Of a DNA stretch of 64,000 bases, positions 48,275 through 61,150 are shown in pieces. Source of the stretch: Scyliorhinus canicula (taxonomy: Eukaryota). The stretch covers positions 4,464,001 through 4,528,000 of the forward strand of contig NC_052168.1 of the NCBI RefSeq assembly GCF_902713615.1, in the 5' to 3' direction. Both the position numbers and the translations under genes were made by a program. Below the pieces are notes generated by a model. The model searched no databases, was not told the origin of the DNA, and saw nothing but the letters and a program-made list of their open reading frames with translations. Every line of letters begins with the position of its first letter. Positions within the stretch are counted from its first letter, which is position 1.

Positions 48275-51214
48275 GTAAATAAGATCGAAAAATATATTAG
48301 AACTATAATTTGCTGAGCTCGTGATTTTGACGTCTCTTCAGAGGGGTGCGTGAAAGAGGCTCTTGATTCCTTCTCGTTAACCCAGCCTCTCCCAAAGCAG
48401 CCCCCCGACAACCTCTATTAATTAACAAAGTTCAGCACAGAAACAGGCCATTCAGCCCTGCTGCTGGCCCATGCTAGCGTTTGTGCAGCACATGCGCCTC
48501 CTCCCACCCTTCGAAACCTAATCGCATCAATAGAAATGAAATGAAAATCGCTTATTGCCACGAATAGGCTTCAATGAAGTTACTGTGAAAAGCCCCTAGT
48601 CGCCACATTCCGCCGCCTGTTCGGGGAGGCTGGTACGGGAATCGAACCGTGCTGCTGGCCTGCCTTGGTCTGCTTTAAAAGCCAGCGATTTAGCTCAGTG
48701 AGCTAAACCAGCCCCTAACTTGTTCACTTCACTTGTTGTTAACGAGCCCTTGTTCCGTTGTACTGGAAACCGCCACTTTATTGCCTCGAGCCATCACCGG
48801 CGAGCTCCCGGTGGTCTCTATGCATCATCTCCCACTACCCTGCCTCTCCTCCTCCCATTGGTCTACCTTGGAACACTCTGACTTTGAATGGACAATGGAA
48901 AAGTGCAGAGGCTGCGTTCCTCGAGTTAAGCAAATGATTCTTGAGCATTCGTCAAATATCATTTCATTACTCCCGCATTCCTGGTCCATTGCCACAGATA
49001 TAAATCACACAAACTGCTGTTCAACACACTTTAAGCGATTGTGTGCCTATATCTCCCGAATGTCCAATCCCAGAGGGGAAGATAGTGACGCACATCGCAG
49101 GAATGTACACTGAGTTCTATGGACTGGAGTAAGATACACAGTTCAGTGGCATCTCCTGGGGCCAATATTCCTGCAAGGAAACTTATTTCATCATTTCTGC
49201 GATTGGTGTCACCTCTTCCTGTTTTTTTTTAAAAGCAGTCGCACGTCAAGCACTTTGAAAACAAAAACGAATTTGGGAGATTTCAACATCACCATCATCG
49301 ACGTTAACACTTTCACAGTCGGAGATCGAGAATAAACCCCAGAGATTAGATGATACCAGGCTTTTGCAAAGGACAGTGGCACAGGGGTGGATGGTTATAG
49401 GAATAAAGGAACAGGAGTAGGCCGTTCGGCCCCTCGAACCTGTTCCGCCCATTCATTGAGATCACGGCTGATATGTAACCTCTAGGGTCGCCAAGTCTGA
49501 CTATTCCCGGAGATTTCATCAAATGGCTTTTTTTAGAAATAAATTTAGAGTACCCAATTCTTTTTTTTCCCCAATTAAGGGGCAATTTAGCGTGGCCAAT
49601 CCACCTAACCTGCACATCTTTGGGTTGTGGGGGTGCGACCCATGCAGACACTGGGAAAATGTGCAAGCTGCCTTCGGCGCTGAGGACCCAGGTTCGAATC
49701 CCGGCCCCGGGTCACTGTCTGTGTGGAGTTTGCACATTCTCCCCGTGTCTGCGTGGGTTTCCTCTGGGTGCTCGGGTTTCCTCCCACAGTCCAAAGATGT
49801 GCAGGTTAGGTAGATTGGCCATGCTAAATTGCTCCTTAGTGTCCAAAAAGGATCCCTCCAATCCAGCTTACTCACTTTTCCATCGGGCAGGAGATACAGA
49901 CGTCTGAGAACACGCACGAACAGACTCAAAAACAGCTTCTTCCCCACTGTCACCAGACTCCAAAATGACCCTCTTATGGACCGACCTCATTAACACTACA
50001 CCCTGTATGCTTCAACTGATGCCAATGCTTATGTAGTTACATTGTATATCTTGTGTTGCCCTATTATGTATTTTCTTGTATTTTCTTGGATTTTGTTTAA
50101 TTCCCTTTTCTTCCCATGTACTGAATGATCTGTTGAGCTGCTCGCAGAAAAATACTTTGCACTGTACCTCGATACACGTGACAATAAACAAATCCAATCC
50201 AATCCAATCCAAAAGGGTTAGGTGGGGTTACAGGGATACAGTGGGGTTAAGCAGGGTGCTCTTTCCAAGGGCCGGTGCAGACTCAATGGGCCGAATGGCC
50301 TCCTTCTGCACTGTAAATTCTATGATCTGCTGATTGGGGATCGATTCCGGGGGATGATTCCTTTCTCCCTCTTCTCAAACAGGTTGGCAAAGCCAGACTC
50401 ACTGGAGCCAAGAGGACAAAAGAATGAATTAACTACTTATATAACTGGTTTGTAAAGTAGCTGAATTGCAAGGGAACAGCCACTGGGTTTTGTTTTTCGC
50501 TTGTTGGCACAGGCGATGTTGTTCTGAAGCCTTGACTCTATTTAATGGGATATTTTGGATTTCTGCTCACATCCTCGATCAGCGAAGGCCTCCGAGCTAC
50601 CCGCCCATTCGCATGCTCCCGGACAAAGGAAGCTCTCTGTATTTTGATCCTGTTCCGAGCGGGCCACAACTCGATGGCTTGGGTAATTCTCAAACCAGAC
50701 CTCAACTTGTGGTCCAAGAACAACAAATGGAGGCTTCCTCACACAAACCAGCCTCAGGAAGACCCATATTTCACAATCAAATCAAACGCCAGGCAAGGCC
50801 CCACTTTGTAAGTTTTCACTCTTTTTCAGGAAGAACTGGGATGTTGATTAAAATGAGAGATTTCAGCGCAGGGGAGTGCAACACCCTTGAATAGGGTGCA
50901 AGCAGTTTTGACTTCAAACCAGGGTCCTATGATTTAACTGGGAGACTGGATGGTGTGGAATTTGTAATAATGGGGGCGGCACAGTGGCGCCGTGGTTAGC
51001 ACTGCTGCCTCACGGCACCGAGTTCCCGGGTTCAGTCCCGGCTCTGGGTCACTGTCCGTGTGGAGTTTGCACATTCTCCCCGTGTCTGCGTGGGTCTCAC
51101 CCCCACAACCCAAAGATGTGCACATTAGGTGGATTGACCACGCTAAATTGCCCCTTAATTGGAAAAAATGAATTGGGTACTCTAAATTTTAACAAAACAA
51201 AAAAAGAATTTTTT

Positions 51215-52045
51215 AGATGCAGTATAATTTGGATAAGTGTGAGGCTATTCATTTTGGAAGCAAAATCAAGAAGGCAGATTACTACCTGAATGGCTGTAAA
51301 TTGGGAGAGGGGAGTGTGCAGCGGGACCTGGGTGTCCTTGTGCACCAGTCGCTGAAGGTAAGCATGTTGGTGCAGTAGGCGGTAAAGAAGGCTAATGGTA
51401 TGCTGGCCTTCATTGCGAGAGGTTTCGAGTACCGAAGCAGGGATGTGTTGCTGCAATTGTACAGGGCCTTGGTGGGGCCACACCTGGAGTATTGTGTGCA
51501 GTTTTGGTCGCCTTCTCTGAGGAAGGATGTTCTTGCTCTCGAGGGAGAGCAGCGAAGGTTTACCAGACTGATTCCAGGGATGGCGGGACTGTCATAAGAG
51601 GAGAGATTGACTAGGTTAGGATTGTTCTCGCCGGAGTTCAGAAGAATGAGGGGGGATCTCATAAGACTTATAAAATTCTAACAGGACTGGACAGGGTAGA
51701 TGCAGGGAAGATGTTACCGATGATGGGTGTGTCCTGAACCAGGGGTCACAGTCTGAGGATTCAGGATAAACCATTTCGGACAGAGATGAGGAGACATTTC
51801 TTCACCCAAAGAGTGGTGAGCCTGTGGAATTCATTACCACAGGAAGGAGTTGATGCTAAAACATTCAATATATTCAAGAGGCGGCTGGATATAGCACTTG
51901 GGGAGAATGAGATCAAAGGTTCTGGGGAGAAAGCAGGATTAGGCTATTGACTTGGATGATCAGCCATGATGGTGATGAATGGCGGAGCAGGCTCGAAGGG
52001 CCAAAAGGCCTCCTCCTGCTCCTATCTTCTATGTATCTATGTATG
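51215..52045 (+). mobile_element. CR1 LINE 3' fragment with stops. Further CR1 fragments at ~56530-57040(+), 57100-58400(-) and 43630-43880(+)
   Basis: MLAFIARGFEYRSRDVLLQLYRALVGPHLEYCVQFWSP and a CR1 tail. Confidence 0.85.
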
Positions 52046-52253
52046 TAATAATGCATCATCTCATCGTGTGTGTCTATCAGACTCTCCAAAATCCACCAGA
52101 TATATCCGGAACCTTCTCCACCTCACATTCTGACCCGCTGCTTGGAGGGCGGAATTTAACTGAAGGTTTTCAAAGTTTATTTGTGGTGGGTTTTTCAGGG
52201 AATTTCCCGCCGGCTTTGCCGGCAATATCCCGACCGTTATCCAACGACACTTA

Positions 52254-53041
52254 GGGCTCGATTCAACTCATAGGGAACAAATTCCCATAGCGAGCGCGTT
52301 TAGCCGCGTGTTTCCCAGCACTCGCAGTGCCAAGAAACACATGGCTAAACACGCAACTCGGCTGCACAAGAGGCCGCAGCGGGGAACACGCAGTCAAGGC
52401 CGCACATAGCTCCGTTCTGTACACTGGGGGAGCTCCACTCTCCAGAACTCCCCACTGTAACGAGAGATCAGGACGCCATTTTTAAATGACATCCCACCGA
52501 GGCCCCCCCAACCCAACCCGAACGCACTACGGGAGGGTCCCGCACCACCCTAACACCCACCCCCTGGCCCGATCACACCCGCAAAAAAATGCCAGCTTGG
52601 CACCTTGGTAATGCCAACCTGGCAGTGCCCATGCCTGGGCACATTGGCAGTGCCATGTGCCAGACTGTGCCAGGTCACCACCACCCTGCCCAAAGGGCAT
52701 CGAGCTGGGGGCCTCCAATCCCCATGAGAGGCGTTCCGTCTGGTGCCCATGTGTGGGGAACAGTACCGATCGGCGGTCGCCCGAGGTCTCCGTGGCAAAG
52801 GGGATAAATCCAGGAACCTGCTCATTACAGTCAGGCCTGCTGTCTCGCTCTAATGTGCAGATTTGTCAAAAAGTGACCGCGCCCACGATGGGCGGGATTT
52901 ACCTCGCAACATCTCGCGGGATCACGCTGGTTGGCGTTGCGAGCCGGGTAGATCCCGGGAGCGGGGTTCCTGGCTTTTATCAGCCACACTGCGCCATGGC
53001 GAGCTGCCTTTCCAGCGCAGCAAGGACATTGGATCGCGCCC
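52254..53041. mobile_element. Harbinger/PIF-like GC-rich MITE nested in a related element (~52127-53560)
   Basis: TIRs GGGCTCGATTCAA ... TTGGATCGCGCCC, preceded by TTA. Confidence 0.6.
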
Positions 53042-54132
53042 CCAGTCACTTGTTTGGGCCCTGGGGAGATTCTCACCGGTTCAGCCCACACTTGGAATTT
53101 ATTTCAGCGCTGGAGAGCTGCACTCACCGTTTTCAAATGCTGTCCCGATCTCAAAGTGAGCTTGTGGGACCTCGCAACCCCCACCCATGGGCAATGTCAC
53201 CCCCCCCCCCCGCCCCCCCAGCACTCGTGGGCACTACCTCACACAACCCCCCCTAAGTGAGGACACCCCACCATGGCCCCCCCCACCCCCCCACCCAGAA
53301 CCCCCACCCGTCACACGCCAAACTCCCAGAGGCCCCTAAATACCTACTATGCACCCCCCACCTCCCCCATCCTTCAAACCTCCCTCCACTCTCCTTTCAT
53401 GGGCATCCCCCCCCCCCCACCCCCCCCCCCCCCCCCCTCCCCTTGAGCCTGACCCTTGGCAGTGCCACCTCCTGGAAGATTAAGCGAGCTTTCCCGCTGG
53501 CCTCCTCAGCGGGAAACACTCCACCTTCCCGAGCCCGCCATGATATTTCGTCACAAAATGGGGGAACTTCACCCTCAGTATGAATACTGATGGTATTGAA
53601 AAACATGCACGGTGCAATGTGGGTTCTATTCTTGGAATTGTGTGATGCTGTTGAAAAGGGGTTATATCACATCCTTGTTCCTGTCACTCAACCCTGTACA
53701 GTATAAACGTCACACATTCCACAGAACTTAGATTAAAGTCCAAGAGCAAAGCAGACTATGCCTGTGGTGGAAGAACTGCTATTATTTCCAATGTTTAGTG
53801 TGCATGAGACACAGTTCTGTACACTCAGTGTGTATATATAGTGTATATATGAAATGAAAATCGCTTATTGTCACGAGTAGGCTTCAATGAAGTTACTGTG
53901 AAAAGCCCCTAGTCGCCACATTCCGGCGCCTGTCCGGGGAGGCTGGTACGGGAATCGAACCGTGCTGCTGGCCTGCTTGGTCTGCTTTAAAAGCCAGCGA
54001 TTTAGCCTTGTGAGCTAAACCAGCCCCTATATACTCTATACACTTCCGTATCTAATGGGGAGATTAAAAACCACTGCAGATTTAACACTTGCTTTCATGC
54101 GCCAACTATCTCTGTATCCATAATTCACTCAT

Positions 54133-54668
54133 GTACCTGGCCTGGGAATGTTTGATAGGGACAGTGTAGAGGGAGATTTACTCTGTATCTAACCCCGTGT
54201 TGTACCTGCCCTGGGAGTGTTTGATGGGGACAGTGTAGAGGGAGATTTACTCTGTATCTAACTCCGTGCTGTACCTGTCCTGGGAGTGTTTGATGGGGAC
54301 AGTGTAGAGGGAGCTTTACTCTGTATCTAACCCCGTGCTGTACCTGTCCTGGGAGTGTTTGATGAGGACAGTGTGGAGGGAGCTTTACTCTGTATCTAAC
54401 CCCGTGCTGTACCTGTCCTGGGAGTGTTTGATGGGGACAGTGTAGAGGGAGCTTTACTCTGTATCTAACCCCGTGCTGTACCTGTCCTGGGAGTGTTTGA
54501 TGGGGACAGTGCAGAGGGAGCTTTACTCTGTATCTAACCCCGTGCTGTACCTGTCCTGGGAGTGTTTGATGGGGACAGTGCAGAGGGAGCTTTACTCTGT
54601 ATCTAACCCCGTGCTGTACCTGTCCTGGGAGTGTTTGATGGGGACAGTGTAGAGGGAGCTTTACTCTG
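54133..54668 (+). repeat. 69-bp tandem repeat, ~7.8 copies
   Basis: Unit CTGTACCTGTCCTGGGAGTGTTTGATGGGGACAGTGTAGAGGGAGCTTTACTCTGTATCTAACCCCGTG. Gives the 23-aa period seen in ORF 54125-54685. Confidence 0.95.
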
Positions 54669-56004
54669 TGCTGACAATGACGCAAGCATTAATGATGTTC
54701 TATTTTCTGGAAATAGCATCTTTCACCTTGAGGAGCCAGTTAAAAATACAATGAGTTATTTAATCCATTGGGACTGTAGTTTCACGTGAGCGGAAGCTTT
54801 AGTCACTCGGTTGTCACACTGTATGTAACCAATGCCATCCAGTCACAGCTCTCTGTCCTCATTCTGCTCTGTAGAGAATGTTTAGATTTAATTTAGTGGT
54901 TTTCCCATCCACAAATAAATCAATTGAAGCAGTTTGTTCCTGCTCTGTCAAGCAATATAGCCACCTGGTCACGATGAATTAACATCTAAACCAATGACAA
55001 TGATCCATGTGACAGGCCACAATCTCTCACGTCTGCATCCTGTTATTAGCAACAAGGGCACTAAGAGGGGCCACAACACTGCCGCACAAAACTGCATCAG
55101 CACAGTAGCACTGTGGTTGGCACTGTTGCTTCACAGCTCCAGGATCCTGGGTTTGATTCCCGACTTGTCCCTGGAGGATTCCCTCCCACAGGTCCCGAAA
55201 GACGTGCTTGTTAGGTGAATTGGACATTCTGAATTCTCCCTCTGTGTACCCGAACAGGCGCCGGAGTGTGGCGACTAGGGGCTTTCCACAGTAACTTCAT
55301 TGCAGTGTTAATGTAAGCCGACTTGTGACACTAATAAAGATTATTATTCCATCCAGGTATATTCCAAACAGCATCAGAAACTCAGAAGGATAATAGAGAA
55401 CACAGACAGAGGGAGTGAGAGGCTTTCCAAGCCCAAGGGACAGTACCAACAGTGCCCACATGGAGGCGCAACTGCCCCATCCATCTCCATCTGGTAGGCA
55501 ATGGAGGAAACCAGATTAAGGGTGCAAAAGAATAAATAGGGAGTAATTTTCCAGCCATGAGTGAAACACCGAGGCCTGATCGGCAGGCTCCGCCTTCACA
55601 GCCATGTGAATTCTTTCAACTCAGGAGCCTTGATTTTCCATTAACATTGTCTACACGAAGGGCGGCACAGTGGTTAGCATTGCTGCCTACGGCGCTGAGG
55701 ACCCGGGTTCGAATCCCGGCCCTGGGTCACTGTCCGTGTGGCGTTTGCACATTCTCCCCGTGTCTGCGTGGGTTTCACCCCCACAACCCAAAGATGTGCA
55801 GGCTAGGTGGATTGGCCTTGCTAAATTGCTCCTTAATTGGGAAAAAATGAATTGGGTACTCTAGATTTAAAAAAAACATTGTCTACACATTCTGCCAATG
55901 TGCGGATATCCAGCAATTCATCACAGGAAGTCTTTAGGGGAGATTTAACATCAACTTTTGACCTTGGCAATGTATGGAATTCGAACATTGTTCATTGTTT
56001 TGGA

Positions 56005-56378
56005 GGGTGTGTGTATGTGATTGTGTGTAATTGTGTATGTGTAATTGTGTGTGTGATTCTGTGTGTGTGATTGTGTGTGATTCTGTGTGTGATTGTGTGT
56101 GTGTGTGTGTGATTGTGTGTGTTTGTGTGTGAGATTGTGTGTGTGATTGTGATTGTGTTTGTGANNNNNNNNNNNNNNNNNNNNNNNNNNNNNNNNNNNN
56201 NNNNNNNNNNNNNNNNNNNNNNNNNNNNNNNNNNNNNNNNNNNNNNNNNNNNNNNNNNNNNNNNNNNNNNNNNNNNNNNNNNNNNNNNNNNNNNNNNNNN
56301 NNNNNNNNNNNNNNNNNNNNNNNNNNNNNNNNNNNNNNNNNNNNNNNNNNNNNNNNNNNNGTGATTGTGTGTGTGTGT
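56005..56378. repeat. (GT)n/GATT compound microsatellite spanning an assembly gap (N at 56165-56360)
   Basis: Directly visible. Confidence 0.95.
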
Positions 56379-57066
56379 CTTTTCAGACTCCCTCCTTGGT
56401 TGACATCTGAAAATATAAACATACGGGCTAGGAGCAGGAGTAGGCCATTCGGCCCCTTGAGCCTGTTCCGCCGTTCAATAAGATCAGGGCCGATCTGATT
56501 GTAACCTCGACCGTACATTATAGTGTTCAATTCTGGTCACCACACTACCAGAAGGATGTGGAGGGTGCAGAAGAGATTTACCAGGATGTTGCCTGGTATG
56601 GAGGGCATTAGCTATGAGGAGCGGTTGGATAAACTCGGTTTGTTCTCACTGGAACGACTGAGGTTGAGGGGAGACCTGATAGAGGCCTACAAAATTATGA
56701 GGGGCAGAAACAGAGTGGATAGTCAGAGGCTTTTTCCCAGGGTAGAGGGGTCAGTTACTAGGGGGTTTAAGATGCGAGGGGGCAAGGTTTAGAGAAGATA
56801 TAAGAGGCAAGTTTTTTTACACCAAGGGTAGTGGGTGCCTGGAACTCGCTGCCGGTGGAGGTGGTGGAAGCAGGGACGATAGTGACGTTTAAGGGGCATC
56901 TTGACAAATACATGAATAGGATGGGAATAGAGGGATACGGATCGCGGAAGTGCAGAACATTTTAGTTTAGACGGGCAGCATGGTCAGCACAGGCTTGGAG
57001 GGCCGAAGGGCCTGTTCCTGCTGTACTTTTCTTTGTTCTTTTATTACTGCCGACCCCTGATAACCT

Positions 57067-57098
<32 letters not shown>

Positions 57099-58407
57099 AT
57101 TAATCAAGAATCACGGTGCGGAAGTTAAGGAAGATCCCGCTGTTTGCTTCCAGCGCCTTTTGAGGAAGAAGATTCCAGAGACTCATTATCCTCTGAGAGA
57201 AGATAATTCTCCTCATCCCCGTCTTAAATGGGGGAACCCCTTGTTTTTGGACAGTGACACTCTCGTTCTGGATTTCTCCCACAAGAGGAAACTCCTCTCC
57301 ACATTCACCCTGGCAACATCCCTCCGGGTCTATGTTTCAATCAAGTCACCCCTCACTCTTCTAAACTCCAGTGGATACAAGCCCACTCTCTCCAACCTTT
57401 CCCCATAAGACAACCCACTCATTCCTGGTACTACTCATTCTGGTAAACCTTCTCTGAGCTGCTCCCAACACATTTACTTCCTTCCTTAAATTCCTTAATG
57501 CCCTGTACCCCTGAAGCATAACCTCCCTCCTTTAATTCCCCCTCACAATAAACAATAGCATTCTATTAGATTTCTTAATTACCCACTGCACCTCCATACG
57601 TACTAACCTTTTGTGATTGATGCACTGGGACGGCCAGATCCCTCTGCATCTCGGAGCTCTGCAATCTCTCTCCATTTGGACAGTATGATTCTTCTTTATT
57701 CTTCTTACCAAAATGGATGTTTTCTTGTTTTCTCATATTACACTCCACGTGCCTGAGCTTTTTCCCACTCACTTAACCCACCCATACCCCTTTATGTCTT
57801 CTTCACAACTTACTTTCCTGCCTATCTATGTATCATCAGCAAATTTAGCGACACTCGTTCCATCTGCCAACCAGAATATGACCCATTTATGCCTACTCTC
57901 TGTTTCCTGTTAGCCAGCCAACCTTCTACCCATGCCAAAATGTTACCCCCTACACCACAAGCTTTTATTTCCCACAATAACCTTTGACATGGCTCCTTAG
58001 CAAATGCCTTCTGGAAGAGGGCAGCACGGTGGCGTAGTGGTTAGCATTGCTGCCGCATGGCGCCGCGGTCCCAGGTTCGATCCTGGCTCTGGGTCACTGT
58101 CCGTGTGGAGTTTGCACATTCTCCCCGTGTTTGTGTGGGTCTCACCCCCACAACCCAAAGATAGGTGGATTGGCCACGCTAAATTGCCCCTTAATTGGAA
58201 AGAATTAATTGGGTACTCTAAATTTAAAAAAAAATACCTTCTGGAAATCTAAGTACAGTACATCCACCGGCCCCCCTTCATCCACAGCCCATATTATCTC
58301 TTCAGGGAACTCCAATAAATTGGTTGGACATGATTTCCCTTTTCAAAAAACCATGTCTGATTACTGTGAATGTTTCTGAGTGGGTAAACTGCCTTCCTGA
58401 ATTGCCA

Positions 58408-58572
58408 TGATGTGGAGATGCCGACGTTGGACTGGGGTGAGCACAGTAAGAAGTCTGACAACACCAGGTTAAAGCCCAACATGTTTGTTTCAAACACGAG
58501 CTTTCGGAGCAGTGCTCCTTCCCTGCTCCTTCACCTGAGGAAGGAGCAGTGCTCCGAAAGCTCGTGTTTGAA
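58408..58572. mobile_element. Penelope terminal-repeat fragment with inverted duplication and a minimal hammerhead ribozyme motif. A related fragment lies at ~61245-61355
   Basis: CAC-CTGAGGA-A-GGAGC(AGT)GCTCC-GAAAGCTC-GTG at 58532-58566. 34-bp inverted repeat at 58489-58522 / 58539-58572. Confidence 0.7.
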
Positions 58573-58689
58573 AGGTGTTGGAAGACTTCTTCCTGAATTG
58601 CTGCAGTGCAGTAGGTATACCCACAGTGCTGTCAGGGAGGGAGTTCAAATATTTTGACCCATGTATCTGCAGCCTTTGTCCTTCTAGAT

Positions 58690-59097
58690 CAGGGGTGGGC
58701 AAACTACGGCCTGCAGGCCGCATGCGGCCCACCAAGATCAAGTCATTAAAAAAAAAAATTTTTTTAATTTAAAAAAAAAAATTTCTTTTTTAAATTAAAA
58801 ATTTTTTTTTTTTTTTTTAATTTTAAGGTTAATGGGGGGGGGGGGGCTGTTGGGTTACTGGTATAGGGTGGATACGTTGACTTGAGTAGGGTGATCATTG
58901 CTCGGCACAACATGTGTTTCATGTGAAGTTTCTACTTTAAAATATTAATTAATAAAAATTAATTGCTTTTATTTCTTTAAAAACCTTTTATTTTGGCTAT
59001 TTTAAATATTAATTATTTTACTTAATATACTATGCGGCCCTTTAAAATTGTGAATTTCTGAATGTGGCCCTTGCACGGAAAAGTTTGCCCACCCCTG
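58690..59097. mobile_element. Young hAT MITE with perfect TIRs and 8-bp TSD
   Basis: CAGGGGTGGGCAAACT ... AGTTTGCCCACCCCTG. TTCTAGAT at 58682-58689 and 59098-59105. Confidence 0.93.
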
Positions 59098-60808
59098 TTC
59101 TAGATGGTAGAGGCCGTGGGTTTGGAAGGTGCTGCCCCAAAAGCATTGGTGAGTTGCTGCACTGCAACCATGTGGTTACTGTTAGGGGGGTGCACAAGAC
59201 TCACACAAGTGACCTTTTTTGTCTTCATCATTTCTCGTCTTTACCCAAACCACTTCTACATCTTGGCTTCCTGATTTAAGGCCATTCGCTCTGTTGCGAA
59301 TACCATCACTAATTAGGAGAACCGCCCCACCACCTTGTCCCGGCTTCTTGCCTTTCCTAAATATCACAAACTCTCCAATATTCACACACACATCTATGTT
59401 ATGCTGCAGCCAGGTCTCTGTGATAACTAACAGGTCATACTTTTCTTTTGCACATCTTTTTTGTTTTGGATGTTACGTGCATTCGGATACAGTTCTGTCC
59501 TTTTCTTATTGTTGTAAACTGCGCCCTTATCTTCTGATCTGCTCTGAGATTTGAACAAGTATAAGGGGTGGGATTCTTCGATCCAGCGCCGGGTCGGGGA
59601 ATCGCCGGGAGGGGGAGGGGGAGCTCCACGATTTTGACCCAGAGACAGTGAATGAACGGCGATATATTTCCAAGTCAGGGTGGGGAGTGACTTGGAGGGG
59701 AACCTCCAGGTGGTGGGGTTCCCAGGTATCTGCTGCCCTTGTCCTTCTAGATGGTAGCGATTGTGGGTTTGGAAGGTGCTGACTAAGGAGCCTTGGTTAG
59801 TCGCTGCAGTGCATCTTGTAGATGGTACACACGGCTGCCACTGTGCGTCGGTGGTGGAGGGTTTGAATGTTTGTGGATGGGGTGCCAATCAAGCGGGGCT
59901 GCTTCATCCTGGATGGTGTCGAGCTTCTTGAGTGTTGTTGGAGCTGCACTCATCCAGGCAAGTGGAGAGTATTCCATCACACTCCTGACTTGTGCCTTGT
60001 AGATGGTGAACAGGCTTTGTGGGGGTGTCAGGAGGTGAGTTACTCCCCGCAGGATTCGTAGCCGGATTCCTACTGGGTGGATTTTAAAGTGCCTTGGGGC
60101 ACCCTGTGGGCGGCGCTACAGAAATGCAAGTCAATTCAGACATTGGATTAAGGGAATAAATTATTCCCTGAATCACTAAAGGTGAGAGATTGGCTCCTTA
60201 ACACACTGGTTTCCCCCACAATGTGCTATTTTTGGGATTATTTGAACCTCTGCTCTGGGGGAGCTGCTCAATCTGCCGACGGATCAGTTTTAAAAAAGAA
60301 TTCTAATTTGCTGGCAAGCTGATGCTGTGTACCGGAGCATTTCATTCACACATGGGAGCTCTGACAGCAGCAGCAATAACAACAGCAACAGCCCTGGAGG
60401 AAAAACAAGCCCTTTCCTCCCTCCCTGCAGCCTTTAACCTCAGCCAAAAAAATAAATTAAACCCAACCTTCCCCCCCTCCTCCTCCCCACCCCCTTCTCG
60501 CCCTCCAACACCAGCCAATCTCTGTGCCGGGGCTGGGGAGGGGGGCTGCTGCGCATCCTGCTATTCCACTGCGTGAGCCTTCACAAAAATCTTCTCTCCC
60601 CCTCCCCACCCCCACCAAAAACACACACAGGTTTAATTTTAAACCGGGTTCTCCACGATCTTTAACGCCAGGCAAGTGGTAAACTCCCATTTTCCTTTCG
60701 ACAGGAGCAAAATATAAAGTAACAATTTATTGATATTATTTCCTTGCAATTTCAATGGCAATATTGAGCAAAAAGAGTAACCCAATATGTAGATTTTTTA
60801 ATGATTAC

Positions 60809-61150
60809 CTTTTTTAATTTTCCCAGTGCCTCCACAACGTTCCTCTGAAGCCTGCAGCGTGTGTTAAAGTCCCCCAGCTGTTGTGTGTGTTTTCTTTTTC
60901 TAATGAAGTTGTGTTTTTCCCAAACGCACACACACACACACAGAGGAAGCAGAGATCCCGGCACAGATCTGCAGCCTTCCAGCCAATGCCCTCATTTCCA
61001 AAGGCAAACAGCAGCGACCGGCTCTCTGCTTTGTCCCCTCCCCAGCACTTCCTCACCCACCCCTCCCTCTCAAAGGGGGCCAGCTCTCCCCCAGCAGAGG
61101 CACAGTCACAGGAGGAGGGAGAGGGTCCAGTTGGAGGAGGTGATGACAGC
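60809..61150 (-). other. Candidate non-coding first exon / promoter region of GPR146
   Basis: Largely repeat-free island (~60250-61230) upstream of the GPR146 acceptor. Minus-strand donor AAAAG|GTAATC (GT at 60808-60807). The 5' boundary is a guess. Confidence 0.35.

Noticed and set aside
53850-54027. tRNA gene (A and B boxes)
   Set aside because: Multi-copy SINE head fused to a common tail. No proper cloverleaf or acceptor stem. The same applies to all head-A copies.
54125-54685. 186-aa repetitive ORF, or a CRISPR-like array
   Set aside because: Pure 69-bp tandem repeat with no unique spacers. The frame stays open only because 69 is divisible by 3. The context is eukaryotic.
55934-56530. 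ORFs spanning the N gap
   Set aside because: Artefacts of the microsatellite plus assembly gap.
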